Source: Acidobacteriota bacterium | Lineage (GTDB): Bacteria > Acidobacteriota > UBA6911 | Direction: 5' to 3' | Length of the DNA stretch: 64,000 bases | NCBI GenBank assembly: GCA_963664705.1 | Contig: OY761556.1 | Location: 864,001-928,000 of the forward strand | Shown here: piece after piece, positions 1 to 10,677 of the stretch | Numbering within the stretch: the first letter of the stretch is position 1 | Layout: each line of letters begins with the position of its first letter | Translations under genes and position numbers: made by a program | Notes under the pieces: model-generated | Database searches by the model: none | What the model was told of the DNA's origin: nothing | The model's input: the letters and a program-made list of their open reading frames with translations, nothing else

Positions 1-831
1 GACGTGAAAGAAGGACTCGCCGCAGGAAAAAGCCTGGATATGCTGGAAGCAGGGCCCATTCGCAGGTATGACACCGACATTCGAGGAGGCGATAGCATTG
101 AGGCCATCCGCGGCAGCGATATTGTGGTTGTAGCGGCGGGGCGCGTACGTGCTCCGGACCAGAGTCGGGATGATCTGTTTCAGGAAAATTCCAAATTGAT
201 GTTGCAGATTTGCGAAGACATCATCCGGCTGGCGCCGGATGCCGTGGTTATCAATGTTATGGAACCGGTAGATATGATCACCCTCCTGGCGCAGAAAGCG
301 CTCGGATTTGATCGTAATAGGGTTCTGGGTGTCGGTGGCCTCCTGAGTTCCATGCGTATGCAATACCTGGTCAGCAATGCGTTGGGAGTCTCTTCGCGCG
401 AGGCGACCGGAATGGTGATCGGCCCGCACCGGCCGACCATGGTATTTCTGCGCGATACCATCCGGGTTTCCGGGATACCGGTGGACAAGCTGTTGTCGCC
501 CGAAAAGATCAACACCATCTTGAACGAGGTAAGAAAGGCGGGAGACGATATCCTGCATATGGCTCAGCGCTCCACCGCGTACTATGCCCCCAGCGCGGCT
601 GTCGCCGGCCTCGTCGAAGCGATTGTCCGCAACAGCAAGGCGCTTCTGCCTGTTTCCGTCCGTTTGCAGGGAGAATACGGAGTTGGCGGGGTTGCGGTCA
701 GCATCCCCACGCAAATAGGGGAAAACGGCGTCGATAAGATTGTTTCCGTCAGGATGAGTCCTGACGAAAACCGCGAATTTATTGATGCCGTGAATGATTT
801 GTGCGCCTCACTGTCTCGTGCCAACTGTTAG
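1..831 (+). CDS. LDH-like malate dehydrogenase paralog, 5'-truncated by the window edge, degenerate active site
   Basis: Motifs AGRVRAPDQSRDDL, VIGPH and AYYAP align with the downstream MDH. NP reads EP and LDSxR reads LSSMR. Confidence 0.85.
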   Translation, partial: DVKEGLAAGKSLDMLEAGPIRRYDTDIRGGDSIEAIRGSDIVVVAAGRVRAPDQSRDDLFQENSKLMLQICEDIIRLAPDAVVINVMEPVDMITLLAQKALGFDRNRVLGVGGLLSSMRMQYLVSNALGVSSREATGMVIGPHRPTMVFLRDTIRVSGIPVDKLLSPEKINTILNEVRKAGDDILHMAQRSTAYYAPSAAVAGLVEAIVRNSKALLPVSVRLQGEYGVGGVAVSIPTQIGENGVDKIVSVRMSPDENREFIDAVNDLCASLSRANC

Positions 832-859
832 CCCGGCCGAAAAAAAGGAGGATGAGATC

Positions 860-1804
860 ATGCCTGGTAAAAAGGTAAGCATTATTGGGGCCGGCAATGT
901 CGGCGCAACCGCTGCCTATTACATAGCCGAGAAGGTCATTGCAGACATCGTGATGGTGGATGTCATCGAAGGAATGACTCAAGCCAAGGCTCTGGACTTC
1001 CTGCACGCGGGCCCGATGCGACGGTATGATGTGTCCATTCGCGGAACCGGAGATTTTTCGGAAATAGCGGACAGCGATGTGGTGGTGATCACCGCAGGAC
1101 TGCCCCGGAAACCGGGAATGGATCGCATGGACCTTCTCAAGGTAAATGCTGAAATTGTCAAATCTGCATCGCAAAGCATTGCCCGATATGCTCCGAACTC
1201 CACAGTAATCGTTGTTTCCAACCCGCTGGATATTATGTGTCATGTGGCGTTTCGAACAACGGGTTTTGCGGTGCAGCGCGTGGTGGGAATGGCCGGAATC
1301 CTGGATTCAACCCGATTTCGTTACTTTGTTGCCCAGGAACTTGGATGTGCATTTACGGATGTACATGCAATGGTGTTGGGGGGGCATGGAGATCAGATGG
1401 TGCCACTGCCGAGATTTACTACCGTGGCCGGCATCCCGATCACCGATCTTCTTGAAAAGCCGGTCATCGATCGAATGGTGGACCGAACACGCAATGGCGG
1501 AGCGGAAATCGTTTCCCTCCTGAAAACGGGATCTGCCTACTATGCGCCCGCAGCGTCCGTTGCGGAAATGGTGGAAGCCATTATTACTGATCGGAAGACC
1601 CTGGCGCCCTGCGCCTGCTATTTGCGGGGCGAATATGGGATTGAGGGCCTGTTTATTGGAGTGCCCGTGATTCTTGGACGCAACGGTGTCGAGCGTATTG
1701 TGGAACTGGATCTGGAAAAAGAAGAGACGGAACTACTGCAGAAAAGCGCCATGGCTGTTCGCCGTGGCGTGGATGACCTGGCTTCGTTTTTTACAGTGCG
1801 ATGA
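860..1804 (+). CDS. mdh: Malate dehydrogenase (LDH-like, NAD)
   Basis: GAGNVG, TAGLPRKPGMDRMDL, VSNPLD, LDSTR and GGHGD motifs. AAGGAG RBS precedes ATG 860. Confidence 0.95.
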   Translation: MPGKKVSIIGAGNVGATAAYYIAEKVIADIVMVDVIEGMTQAKALDFLHAGPMRRYDVSIRGTGDFSEIADSDVVVITAGLPRKPGMDRMDLLKVNAEIVKSASQSIARYAPNSTVIVVSNPLDIMCHVAFRTTGFAVQRVVGMAGILDSTRFRYFVAQELGCAFTDVHAMVLGGHGDQMVPLPRFTTVAGIPITDLLEKPVIDRMVDRTRNGGAEIVSLLKTGSAYYAPAASVAEMVEAIITDRKTLAPCACYLRGEYGIEGLFIGVPVILGRNGVERIVELDLEKEETELLQKSAMAVRRGVDDLASFFTVR

Positions 1805-1807
1805 TGA

Positions 1808-1872
1808 AAACCACGAATGACGAATTACGAATGGACATGGTTTTTCCATTCGTAATTCGTCATTCGTGGTTT
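1808..1872. repeat. Perfect 28-bp inverted repeat built from 7-bp ACGAAT(G/T) units; probable bidirectional terminator or REP-like element
   Basis: Arms 1808-1835 and 1845-1872 are exact reverse complements. Lies between convergent mdh and gltA. Confidence 0.9.
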
Positions 1873-1879
1873 GTGTTCC

Positions 1880-3151
1880 TTACGTTCTTTTTCCAATCGG
1901 GACGTAGTGATTTCCGACCGGACCATTGTAGACCTGTCGCGGTCGCCCAATGCGGCCTTCGGTGTCTTCCAGGATTTCCTTGTAGTTTGCAATCCATCCC
2001 GGCATGCGGCCAATGGCAAACATGACGGTGAACATGTTGATGGGGATCCCGATTGCCCGCATGATGATACCGCTGTAGAAATCGACATTCGGGTAGAGTT
2101 TTCGTTCAACGAAATAGGAGTCGCTTAACGCCGCTTCCTCAAGCCGTTTGGCAATGTCGAGCAGTGGATCTTTTTTCTTCAGCACCGCCAGCAATTCGTC
2201 GCATTTCTTCTTGATGATCCGGGCGCGCGGATCATAATTTTTATACACTCGGTGGCCGAATCCCATCAGCCGTTTTCCCTGCTTGCCCTTGGCCTGTTCG
2301 ATAAACTTGGATCCGTTGTCGCCGGATTGGTGGATCTCCCCGAGCATTTCCAGCACCGCCTGGTTGGCTCCGCCGTGCAGGGGGCCCCAGAGCGCGCAGA
2401 CACCGGCGGCGGCACTGGCGAACAAATTGGCTTTGCTTGATGCGACCATGCGTACCGTCGCGGTTGAACAATTCTGCTCATGATCGGCGTGCAGGAGGAA
2501 AATCAAATCCAGCGCCTGGACTACCTCCGGGAACAGTTCATAGTCTTGATAGGGCTCGGAAAACATCATGTGGAGCAGATTGGCCGTATATTTGTACGTA
2601 GGCTTCGGGTACATGTTGGGCAATCCGAGCGACTTGCGATAGGAAAACGCGGCAATAGTCCTGACTTGCGAGATCAGCCGCGCCGCCTGCATCAGAAAGA
2701 GTTCGTTCTTTTCCAGAACTTCAGGGAAAAAGCAGCCGGCGGCATTAATCATGGAAGACAATATTGCCATCGGATGAGCGCTCGTTGGAAAGCCCTCAAA
2801 ATGAAATTTCATGTCCTCATGAAGCATTTCATTTTTTGTCAGAAGCTGCGAGAAAGCGTTCAACTCCTGGCTTGTTGGCAGTTTTCCCCAGATCAGCAGA
2901 TAGGCTGTTTCAACGAAGGTCGAGTTTTCGGCCAGTTCCTCGATGGGGATCCCACGGTAGCGCAGGATGCCCTGTTCTCCATCGATAAATGTGATCTTGC
3001 TGATGCAGGAGCCCGTGTTCCCGTAGCCCTCATCCAGCGTTATGTATCCGGTAGCGTTGCGAAGCGAGGAGATATCGATTGCCTTCTCTCCTTCGGATCC
3101 CACAACCACAGGGAATTCGTATGTTTTACCGTCGAGTTCAAGTTTGGCCAT
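1880..3151 (-). CDS. gltA: Citrate synthase
   Basis: [25 protein letters not shown] and YPNVDFYSG motifs. GGAGG RBS before ATG 3151. Confidence 0.96.
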   Translation of the reverse strand: MAKLELDGKTYEFPVVVGSEGEKAIDISSLRNATGYITLDEGYGNTGSCISKITFIDGEQGILRYRGIPIEELAENSTFVETAYLLIWGKLPTSQELNAFSQLLTKNEMLHEDMKFHFEGFPTSAHPMAILSSMINAAGCFFPEVLEKNELFLMQAARLISQVRTIAAFSYRKSLGLPNMYPKPTYKYTANLLHMMFSEPYQDYELFPEVVQALDLIFLLHADHEQNCSTATVRMVASSKANLFASAAAGVCALWGPLHGGANQAVLEMLGEIHQSGDNGSKFIEQAKGKQGKRLMGFGHRVYKNYDPRARIIKKKCDELLAVLKKKDPLLDIAKRLEEAALSDSYFVERKLYPNVDFYSGIIMRAIGIPINMFTVMFAIGRMPGWIANYKEILEDTEGRIGRPRQVYNGPVGNHYVPIGKRT

Positions 3152-3441
3152 CTGTAGTCCAATGCCTCCATGGCAGGAGTGGTTAAACAAGGTCCCGGCT
3201 AGAAGAATACCAATAATAATAATATCCGAGAAGAGGTTGACCGAAATGTAAATATTTCCGAATTAAAGCGATAGCCGGTCCTGGGTTCCATGGGGAGGAA
3301 ACTGCCGAGCCTGCTTTCCTGTCCATTGCCGCAATTCGGGGCGGACTTCTGGTGACTCCGACCCGCGAAACAGCTATAATGATTTCTTATTCGTTTGGCA
3401 TAATTAGATTACTTTTATATTACTCGAGCGAAGGAGGTTCT

Positions 3442-5250
3442 GTGAGCGCTCCGACAAAAAATACCAAGCTACTGTCGTGGGTGGAAGAAATTGCAGCAAT
3501 GACCCAACCCGACAGCATTATCTGGTGCAACGGCACCAAAGAGGAATACGATTCATTGATGAAGGGCATGGTGGATGGCGGGATGGCCACGCCGCTGGCT
3601 CGACGGCCCAATTCGTTTTTATTCCGATCCGACCCTTCCGATGTAGCACGCGTCGAAAACCGGACCTATATAGCATCCAAGACCAAGGAAGAAGCTGGAC
3701 CCACGAACAACTGGATTGATCCGGTCGAATTGAATGACGCAATGAAGAAGCTCTATACGGGATGCATGCGGGGCCGTAACTTGTATGTTATTCCGTTTTC
3801 CATGGGACCCATCGGATCCCCTATCGCCAAAATCGGCGTTCAGATTACCGATTCCCCTTACGTGGTCGTCAGCATGCATATCATGGCCCGGGTGGGGAGG
3901 AGAGTTCTGCAGGTGATGGGAGATTCCGGCGATTTCGTTCCCTGCCTGCACTCCATCGGTAAACCGCTGCTTTCATGTCAGGATGACGCAGGGCAATGGC
4001 CATGCGCTCCCTTGGATAAGAAGTACATCGCCCATTTCCCGGATACGAAAACGATCTGGTCCTACGGTTCAGGCTACGGAGGGAATGCCTTGCTGGGCAA
4101 GAAATGCCTGGCTTTGCGGATAGCCTCGGTTATAGCCAGGGAAGAAGGATGGCTTGCCGAGCACATGCTGATTTTGAAGATTACCAATCCGGAAGGAAAA
4201 TCGAAACACATTGCGGCCGCGTTTCCTTCCGCCTGCGGCAAAACCAATCTGGCGATGCTTGTTCCTACTATTCCGGGATGGAAAGTTGAGACCATCGGAG
4301 ACGACATTGCCTGGATGAAACCGGGCAAAGATGGAAGATTATACGCCATCAATCCCGAAGCGGGATTCTTCGGCGTGGCACCGGGAACATCCTTGGATTC
4401 GAACCCGAATGCCATGCGCTCCGTGGAGAAAAACACGATTTTCACCAATGTGGCCCTGACCAAAGACAGCGATGTCTGGTGGGAAGGCATCGGTTACGAT
4501 GCGCCCGGCGAAGTGATCGATTGGACAGGTAAGCCCTGGATTCAAGATAAAGGAAACAAATCCCAGGCTCCCGCGGCTCATCCCAACTCGCGTTTTACCG
4601 CTCCTGCGGCACAGTGCCCGGCAATTGCATCCGATTGGGAAAATCCCGCGGGTGTTCCGATTGACGCATTTCTCTTTGGCGGACGACGCCCATCGACGGT
4701 TCCTCTCGTAACGCAAGCCTTTGATTGGAATCATGGCGTCTTTATGGGATCGATCGCAGGATCGGAAATTACCGCCGCCGCGCTCGACCTGAAGGTCGGA
4801 TCGGTGCGGCGCGACCCATTTGCCATGCTGCCATTCTGCGGCTACCATATGGGCGACTATTTTGCTCACTGGATTCGAATGGGTGAGCGGACTCCGCTGA
4901 AATCACAACCGAAATTCTTCTTTGTAAACTGGTTCCGGAAGACGAGCAGCGGTAAGTGGCTGTGGCCTGGGTACGGCGAGAACAGCCGTGTCCTCAAATG
5001 GATCTTTGAACGGTGCGACGGCGGCGGCAAGGCCGTGGAGACCGCGATTGGTCACATGCCCACGGTGGATGCCATTGAGCCTCCAGCCGGCGTGAGCGAA
5101 GAGGATATGCGATCCTTGCTTGCGGTCGATGTCAAAGGCTGGAAATCCGAACTGCAGGATATCAAAGCCGAACACTATCCGAAATTTGGCACCAGGCTCC
5201 CGAAGGAGCTTAACGAACAGCTTGAAGCTTTAACAAAACGCCTGGGCTAG
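3442..5250 (+). CDS. pckG: Phosphoenolpyruvate carboxykinase (GTP)
   Basis: [28 protein letters not shown] and HPNSRF motifs. AAGGAGG RBS before GTG 3442. Confidence 0.96.
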   Translation: MSAPTKNTKLLSWVEEIAAMTQPDSIIWCNGTKEEYDSLMKGMVDGGMATPLARRPNSFLFRSDPSDVARVENRTYIASKTKEEAGPTNNWIDPVELNDAMKKLYTGCMRGRNLYVIPFSMGPIGSPIAKIGVQITDSPYVVVSMHIMARVGRRVLQVMGDSGDFVPCLHSIGKPLLSCQDDAGQWPCAPLDKKYIAHFPDTKTIWSYGSGYGGNALLGKKCLALRIASVIAREEGWLAEHMLILKITNPEGKSKHIAAAFPSACGKTNLAMLVPTIPGWKVETIGDDIAWMKPGKDGRLYAINPEAGFFGVAPGTSLDSNPNAMRSVEKNTIFTNVALTKDSDVWWEGIGYDAPGEVIDWTGKPWIQDKGNKSQAPAAHPNSRFTAPAAQCPAIASDWENPAGVPIDAFLFGGRRPSTVPLVTQAFDWNHGVFMGSIAGSEITAAALDLKVGSVRRDPFAMLPFCGYHMGDYFAHWIRMGERTPLKSQPKFFFVNWFRKTSSGKWLWPGYGENSRVLKWIFERCDGGGKAVETAIGHMPTVDAIEPPAGVSEEDMRSLLAVDVKGWKSELQDIKAEHYPKFGTRLPKELNEQLEALTKRLG

Positions 5251-5256
5251 TAACGC

Positions 5257-5297
5257 GCCGGAACGGCATCTCAAAATGTTTGAGATGCCGTTCCGGC
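5257..5297. terminator. Perfect 19-bp stem hairpin after pckG
   Basis: gccggaacggcatctcaaa / tttgagatgccgttccggc. No clear U-tract. Confidence 0.6.
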
Positions 5298-5342
5298 TAT
5301 GCGCGTCTATTCTGTTGCCCGGACTTTCATAACGGAGAGCAA

Positions 5343-6644
5343 ATGATGAAAGCGTACAATCCCCTTGCCGAGGCTTTAAACAAGGACATTGAGAATGGTG
5401 CTCCGCAGATCCTCAGCATGCTCTCGGCACGCGGAAAAGCAATCTATTTCCCGTCCAAGGGAATTCTTGGCCAAACGGCCGAGGCAAAGAGCGTCAAGAT
5501 CAACGCTACCATTGGAACTGCCTTTGAAAATGATGGCTCCCCTCTCACGCTGGAATGCATGGAAGGAATGGTCAATATTCCATCGGAATCCTTTCTCTAT
5601 GCACCGAGTTTCGGAATGCCCAAGCTGCGCGAGGAGTGGGGCAAAATACTGGCTACCAAGAATCCGGGGTTGGAAGGCAAGACATTCAGTCAGCCGGTTG
5701 TAACCGCTGCATTGACGCATGGACTCTCCATGGCCGGCTATCTTTTCGCAGACGAGGGGGACGAAATCATTCTCCCCAACCTCTATTGGGATAACTACGA
5801 GCTCGTATTCTGTGAAGCCTATGGAGCCAAACTTAATTTCTACAATACCTTTGTCTCCGGCGGGTTTGATGTTGCAGCCTTCGGGAAGGCGCTCAATGCG
5901 GGCAAAGTGGGAAAGAAAATTGTTCTTCTGAATTTTCCGAATAACCCCACCGGCTATACGCCAACTGAGGCTGAAGCGAAAGCCCTGGCTTCCGAGATAC
6001 AAAAGGCTGCGGAGGCGGGGAATAAGGTCGTGGTGATCCTCGACGACGCATATTTCGGCCTAGTGTATGAAGAGGGCATTTCCCAGGAATCCCTGTTCAG
6101 CCTGCTGGTGGACCTGCATCCCAATGTTCTGAGCGTCAAGCTGGATGGCGCGACCAAGGAAGATTATGTATGGGGTTTCCGCGTTGGTTTTATCACATTT
6201 GGTTTCAAAGGTGCCAATGCGGCCCAATTGAAGGCGCTGGAGAATAAGGCCGCCGGCGCCGTGCGTGGAACCATCTCCAATGCTCCCTGCCTTTCGCAGT
6301 CTATTCTTCTGAAGGCATATACCGCTCCGGAATATGCGGATCAGAAGAAGCAGAAATATGGGATCCTGGCCGATCGCGTTCGGAAAATCAAAGCCACGCT
6401 GAAGGCGCATCCCGAGTACGCCGGGAGTTTTGAAGTGATGCCGTTTAACTCAGGCTACTTCATGTGCGTAAAGCCTATTGGAGTGGATAACGAGGAACTG
6501 CGCAAGGAACTGATTTCGAATTACAGCACCGGAGTTATCGTGCTGTCCGGCTTGATTCGGCTGGCCTTTTCGGCCGTGCCAACAGAACTGGTTGAAAACC
6601 TGTTTGCCAACCTGCATTCGGCCATTCAAAAGCTCCAGAAATAA
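5343..6644 (+). CDS. Class I/II PLP aminotransferase, probably aspartate transaminase
   Basis: NFPNNPTG, DDAY and ATKEDYVWGFRVG (PLP Lys) motifs. The N-terminus resembles the staphylococcal aspartate transaminase subfamily as I recall it. Confidence 0.85.
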   Translation: MMKAYNPLAEALNKDIENGAPQILSMLSARGKAIYFPSKGILGQTAEAKSVKINATIGTAFENDGSPLTLECMEGMVNIPSESFLYAPSFGMPKLREEWGKILATKNPGLEGKTFSQPVVTAALTHGLSMAGYLFADEGDEIILPNLYWDNYELVFCEAYGAKLNFYNTFVSGGFDVAAFGKALNAGKVGKKIVLLNFPNNPTGYTPTEAEAKALASEIQKAAEAGNKVVVILDDAYFGLVYEEGISQESLFSLLVDLHPNVLSVKLDGATKEDYVWGFRVGFITFGFKGANAAQLKALENKAAGAVRGTISNAPCLSQSILLKAYTAPEYADQKKQKYGILADRVRKIKATLKAHPEYAGSFEVMPFNSGYFMCVKPIGVDNEELRKELISNYSTGVIVLSGLIRLAFSAVPTELVENLFANLHSAIQKLQK

Positions 6645-6826
6645 TTCCAGCTGAACATCCTGATCGGATCGGGGTAAGCAAATTTTGTTGTTTGCCCCGA
6701 TCCTCCGTGCCGCTCTCCGTGGTACAGTTAATCCAGGTATGTTTCCGAGTCAGAAACATCGCCGCGAAATGTGCATACGCTTGAGGGTGCATTCCTATAT
6801 CCTGTTGAAGGTTGCGGAGGACATCT

Positions 6827-7354
6827 ATGGGGCAGAAACGAATTGCATGGGCGATCACAGGGGCTGGACATGGTTTAGAAGAGTGTATCGATGTGCTGTT
6901 GAACCATGAGCACGTCGACATATTCCTCTCCCGGGCCGCTGAAGAAGTGCTGGGGATGTATAACATGGATGCGCGCATCAGCGTGCCGAAAATCAGAATC
7001 TACCAGGAGACGAAATACAGTGCGCCTCAGGTGATACAGCTTTTCGCCGGCACCTACAGCGTTCTGGTGGTTGCGCCGGCCACATCCAATTCGGTGGCCA
7101 AGTTTGTCGCCGGTATATCGGATACGCTGATAACAAACCTGCTGGCCCAGGCCGGAAAATCAAGGGTGCCCGCAGTCGTGTATCCCACCGATGTCGTGCC
7201 CGCCGTTGAGTCTGTCGGGCCGAAGGGAAAGCCAATCAAGGTCTATCCTCGTCCCATTGATCTTGAAAATACGGCAAAGCTGAAGACTTTTCCCGGGGTT
7301 ACCGTCGTGGGTGACCTGAAGGAACTGGAAGCAGCGCTGGCCCAATTTGCTTGA
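6827..7354 (+). CDS. Flavoprotein of the AfpA/DmrB (dihydromethanopterin reductase-like) family
   Basis: IAWAITGAGH, SRAAEEV, APATSNSVAK..GISDTL and PRPIDLEN motifs. GGAGG RBS. Confidence 0.8.
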   Translation: MGQKRIAWAITGAGHGLEECIDVLLNHEHVDIFLSRAAEEVLGMYNMDARISVPKIRIYQETKYSAPQVIQLFAGTYSVLVVAPATSNSVAKFVAGISDTLITNLLAQAGKSRVPAVVYPTDVVPAVESVGPKGKPIKVYPRPIDLENTAKLKTFPGVTVVGDLKELEAALAQFA

Positions 7355-7374
7355 CCGGCTGAAAGGTTGAATCA

Positions 7375-7992
7375 ATGTCTGATGATTTATTGGCAGATAA
7401 GCTTGCCATTCGGGAGGTCGTGGAAAACTGGGTGCTATGGCGTGACTCCGCCAATTGGGAGCGCTTTGCCACGGTCTGGCATCCGGAAGGCTGGATGACG
7501 GCAACATGGTTTCAGGGGCTTGCAAGCGATTTTATCAAAGTGAGCCGCGAAGGATTCGATAAAGGTGTGAACATCCTCCACTTTCTCGGAGGGTGGACGT
7601 GCGAGATATCCGGGAATCGGGCGATCTCGCAAATGAAAATGACGATTCACCAGCGAGCTCCATTGGATGGCGTGCCGGTGGATGTTGCCTGCATCGGCCG
7701 GTTCTATGACTTCTTTGAAAAACGCCAGGGGCGCTGGGCTATTGTTCGCCGGCAGCCTATTTATGAGAAGGATCGGCTGGATCCGGTCGATCCTGGATCC
7801 TCCCTGAAATTGGATCAGGACCTGCTGGCGCAGTTTCCGGAGGGTTATCAATACCTGGCGTACTTGCAGGCTAAAAATGGATTCAAGGTAAAGAAAGGAT
7901 TGCCGGGACTGCGCGGCCCTGAAGTGGAATCACTCTACCGGGAGGGAAAGGAATGGCTCGCCGGTTCCGAGAAACCGGGAATACCTCTTTAG
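7375..7992 (+). CDS. NTF2/SnoaL-like family protein
   Basis: AIREVVENW..WRD..W, HFLGG, GRFYDFFEKR.GRW.I..RQPIYE pattern. Confidence 0.75.
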   Translation: MSDDLLADKLAIREVVENWVLWRDSANWERFATVWHPEGWMTATWFQGLASDFIKVSREGFDKGVNILHFLGGWTCEISGNRAISQMKMTIHQRAPLDGVPVDVACIGRFYDFFEKRQGRWAIVRRQPIYEKDRLDPVDPGSSLKLDQDLLAQFPEGYQYLAYLQAKNGFKVKKGLPGLRGPEVESLYREGKEWLAGSEKPGIPL

Positions 7993-7996
7993 TGCG

Positions 7997-8053
7997 AGTT
8001 CGTGGAATTCGTGGCTGACTTGCAGGTGCTTTTTGCCACGAATTCCACGAATT
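7997..8053. repeat. REP-like inverted repeat (TTCGTGGAATTCGTGGC family)
   Basis: 19-bp arms with 1 mismatch, between convergent genes. Confidence 0.85.
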
Positions 8054-8056
8054 ATC

Positions 8057-9256
8057 CTATGCTTCCGCCTTAAGCTCTTTGACGCCTGCTCTGAAGAGTC
8101 TTTCTATGTCGGATTTGCTGTAGCCGAGCTCCGCAAGAATCGCATCCGTATGCTCGCCCGGGATCGGAGATGGACCGGATTTTTCCAGGGTCAGACCTCC
8201 AAAGTTCACCGGACCCGTTACAAATTTCGCCTTTCCTGCCTTTGGATGCTCCACTTCTTCCGTTATGCCAAGATGAAGAACCTGCGGGTCCTCGAGAACT
8301 TCCTTCATGTTGTATAACGGGCTCGCCGGGACATCGGCTTCTTCCAGGAGCCGCAGCCACTCTTCCCGGTTCCTGGTCGTGAAAGTTGGCGCCAGTTCTT
8401 TTTCAAGGATCTCGAAATTATTGCGTCGGTCATTGCGCGTCTTGAATCTCGGATCATCCGCAATTTCCATTCGATCCGCGGTTTTCAAGAGCGCAAGCCA
8501 GAATTTTTCCGGCACCGAGCAATGAATGGCCAAAGGCAATTGATCCTTCGTGACAAACGCAAATGCATGGCCGTTCTTGACCCGGGCAATGCGCGTTGGG
8601 ACCGTGCCGGTAGCAAAATACCCGGCAGCCGTCTCGCCGATGAATGACAGTGTCGCCTGCAGCAGCGATGTTTCTACATTCAGTCCCTGTCCAGTATTCT
8701 GCCGTGACATCAATCCGGCGAGAATTCCGTAGGCAGCCGAAAACCCTGTTATGTAGTCGGATAGGGCAATTCCCATGATCTTGGGCTCATCCGGATCGGC
8801 GAGCAAGCCCAGCAAGCCGCTCATCGCCTGACCCAGCGTGTCAAAGCCAGGCTTTTTTGCATAGGGGCCTGATTTGCCGAATGCCGAGATTGAGCAATAG
8901 ACCAGCCTGGAATTCAATGCGCGCAAGGTTTCATAGCCCAGACCAAGGCGATCCGCGACGCCTGGACGGAAATTCTCCACAAAAACATCGGCTTTGCTGG
9001 CCAGATCAATGCAGACCTTTTTGCCTTCAGGTGTTTTCAGGTCCAGAAGAATACTTTCTTTATTGCGATGCAAATGGGCAAAATTGGGGCTGTAGTATTC
9101 GCCCGGAGCAAAATAACGATAGGGATCGCCCTCAGGCGGTGACTCGATTTTAATGACACGTGCACCCAGATCAGCCAATAAAGCGGTAGCATACGGCCCA
9201 GTGACATAGGTGGCACATTCAACGACTGTAATATCTTTAAGCACAGAAACTGGCAT
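8057..9256 (-). CDS. Family III CoA-transferase (CaiB/BaiF)
   Basis: LADLGARVIKIE, RNKES, ENFRPG, ALSD (catalytic Asp) and GEHTD motifs. AAGGAG RBS before ATG 9256. Confidence 0.93.
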   Translation of the reverse strand: MPVSVLKDITVVECATYVTGPYATALLADLGARVIKIESPPEGDPYRYFAPGEYYSPNFAHLHRNKESILLDLKTPEGKKVCIDLASKADVFVENFRPGVADRLGLGYETLRALNSRLVYCSISAFGKSGPYAKKPGFDTLGQAMSGLLGLLADPDEPKIMGIALSDYITGFSAAYGILAGLMSRQNTGQGLNVETSLLQATLSFIGETAAGYFATGTVPTRIARVKNGHAFAFVTKDQLPLAIHCSVPEKFWLALLKTADRMEIADDPRFKTRNDRRNNFEILEKELAPTFTTRNREEWLRLLEEADVPASPLYNMKEVLEDPQVLHLGITEEVEHPKAGKAKFVTGPVNFGGLTLEKSGPSPIPGEHTDAILAELGYSKSDIERLFRAGVKELKAEA

Positions 9257-9555
9257 CTTCAACTCCTTAAATGATTCCACAAAAGAGGGCATTATACCCA
9301 TTCTGTCAAGTTTACTGGGCCCAGCTGTGCCTAATTGCAGGCAATCGAGCATTTCCTGCCGGGATATCGACTTTGTTTTTCATTGGGAAAATGATTTGGT
9401 GGTCTTGGAGTTTGACGACTTTGCTTGACAGTGCCCCCGGGATTTCACGAGAATTGCACAAAACGAATTTTCTTTTAAAGCAGCCCCAGAAATAACACGG
9501 GAGCATTGGTAAACACGGAGGCTGAGTTTTCCTATACGCAGAAAGGAAGGCCGGT

Positions 9556-10311
9556 ATGTCGTTAGAAGGCAAGGTTGTGTTCGTGACAGGGGCTTCAATG
9601 CCGAAGGGCATTGGAAAGGCTATAGCCCTTACATTAGCCAAGCAGGGAGCTGACGTGGCCGTGAGTGGCTACAATCATATGGAAGGGGCATACGCAATTG
9701 CCGATGAAATAAAGGCGCTGGGCCGGAAATCCATGGCTGTCAAAATGGATGTTCGCAATTATCCGGATGTCAAGCAGGCCTTTGCCGACATAAAGAAGGA
9801 ACTTGGATCGGTGAGCATCCTGGTAAACAACGCCGCGCTCATGGGACACAATGTTTCGATTGCAAAGACCACGGTGGAGGAGTGGGATAATGAAGTCAAG
9901 ACATGTCTCAATTCGGCTTTTTACTGCATCAAAGAGGCGTGGGCGGATATGTGTGCCGGCAAGTGGGGCCGCATTATCAACATTACCTCTGTTGCCGGCG
10001 TCATCGGCGGTTATGGCCAGTCGAGCTATGGTGCTGCTAAGGGGGGCATGATTGCCCTTGCCAAGTCTGCTGCGCTGGAAGGATCCCGGTTCAATGTCAC
10101 AGCGAACTGTGTGGCGGTCGGGATATCTTCTACCGACGGATATGATCTTCTTCCTCAGCCGGTGCGTGAGAAGGTCGAAAAGAAAACAGCGGTGGGCCGG
10201 CCGGCCGATACTCAGGAAATAGCGGACGCTGTCGCGTTCATCGCGGGCGGGGGGTATATGACCGGCGCCGTGGTGAATATGCTGGGAGGCCTCGATCTTT
10301 TCGTATTCTGA
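9556..10311 (+). CDS. SDR oxidoreductase (FabG-like)
   Basis: TGASMPKGIG, NNAA and YGAAK motifs. Confidence 0.9.
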   Translation: MSLEGKVVFVTGASMPKGIGKAIALTLAKQGADVAVSGYNHMEGAYAIADEIKALGRKSMAVKMDVRNYPDVKQAFADIKKELGSVSILVNNAALMGHNVSIAKTTVEEWDNEVKTCLNSAFYCIKEAWADMCAGKWGRIINITSVAGVIGGYGQSSYGAAKGGMIALAKSAALEGSRFNVTANCVAVGISSTDGYDLLPQPVREKVEKKTAVGRPADTQEIADAVAFIAGGGYMTGAVVNMLGGLDLFVF

Positions 10312-10330
10312 TTCTGGCAGCTAAAACTTT

Positions 10331-10359
10331 GTGGAATTCGAGACAGCCGCGAATTCCAT
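10331..10359. repeat. Short degenerate copy of the GTGGAATTCG REP-like hairpin
   Basis: gtggaattcg ... cgaattccat, between convergent genes. Confidence 0.65.
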
Positions 10360-10419
10360 GGACTGTTATTTGCACAATTTGCCGAGATGGGTTTAGCCAG
10401 GGTTGAATCGTTTTGCCTG

Positions 10420-10611
10420 TTATGCGTAGACGTCAAGCTGACCTTGGTTTGCCTGAGGCAACGATTCTTCCATCATCTGGATGAGTGCGGAGCCTTCCTG
10501 CTGGGCAATGTCGTTGGTTTTTTTCAGCACGGCCAGTCCGGCTTCACGACTGACACTTTGGAGTGCAGCACTGCCGGCAAGCAGCGATACAGCAGATATA
10601 GGATTTCCCAT
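10420..10611 (-). CDS. Small YjfB-like (putative motility) protein
   Basis: 63 aa with AVLKK..D..QQ.G..LIQMM and C-terminal G.LDVYA. Confidence 0.7.
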   Translation of the reverse strand: MGNPISAVSLLAGSAALQSVSREAGLAVLKKTNDIAQQEGSALIQMMEESLPQANQGQLDVYA

Positions 10612-10677
10612 ATTTGCTGTATCGGTAAAAGAGCTGCCGGCCTTTAGCCGGAACATCGTCCGGCCAGGATTTATCTG

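Noticed and set aside
3285-3301. GTTCCA-TGGGG-AGGAAA as another IclR site between gltA and pckG
   Set aside because: The right half-site is weak, the spacer is GC-rich and it is a single instance.
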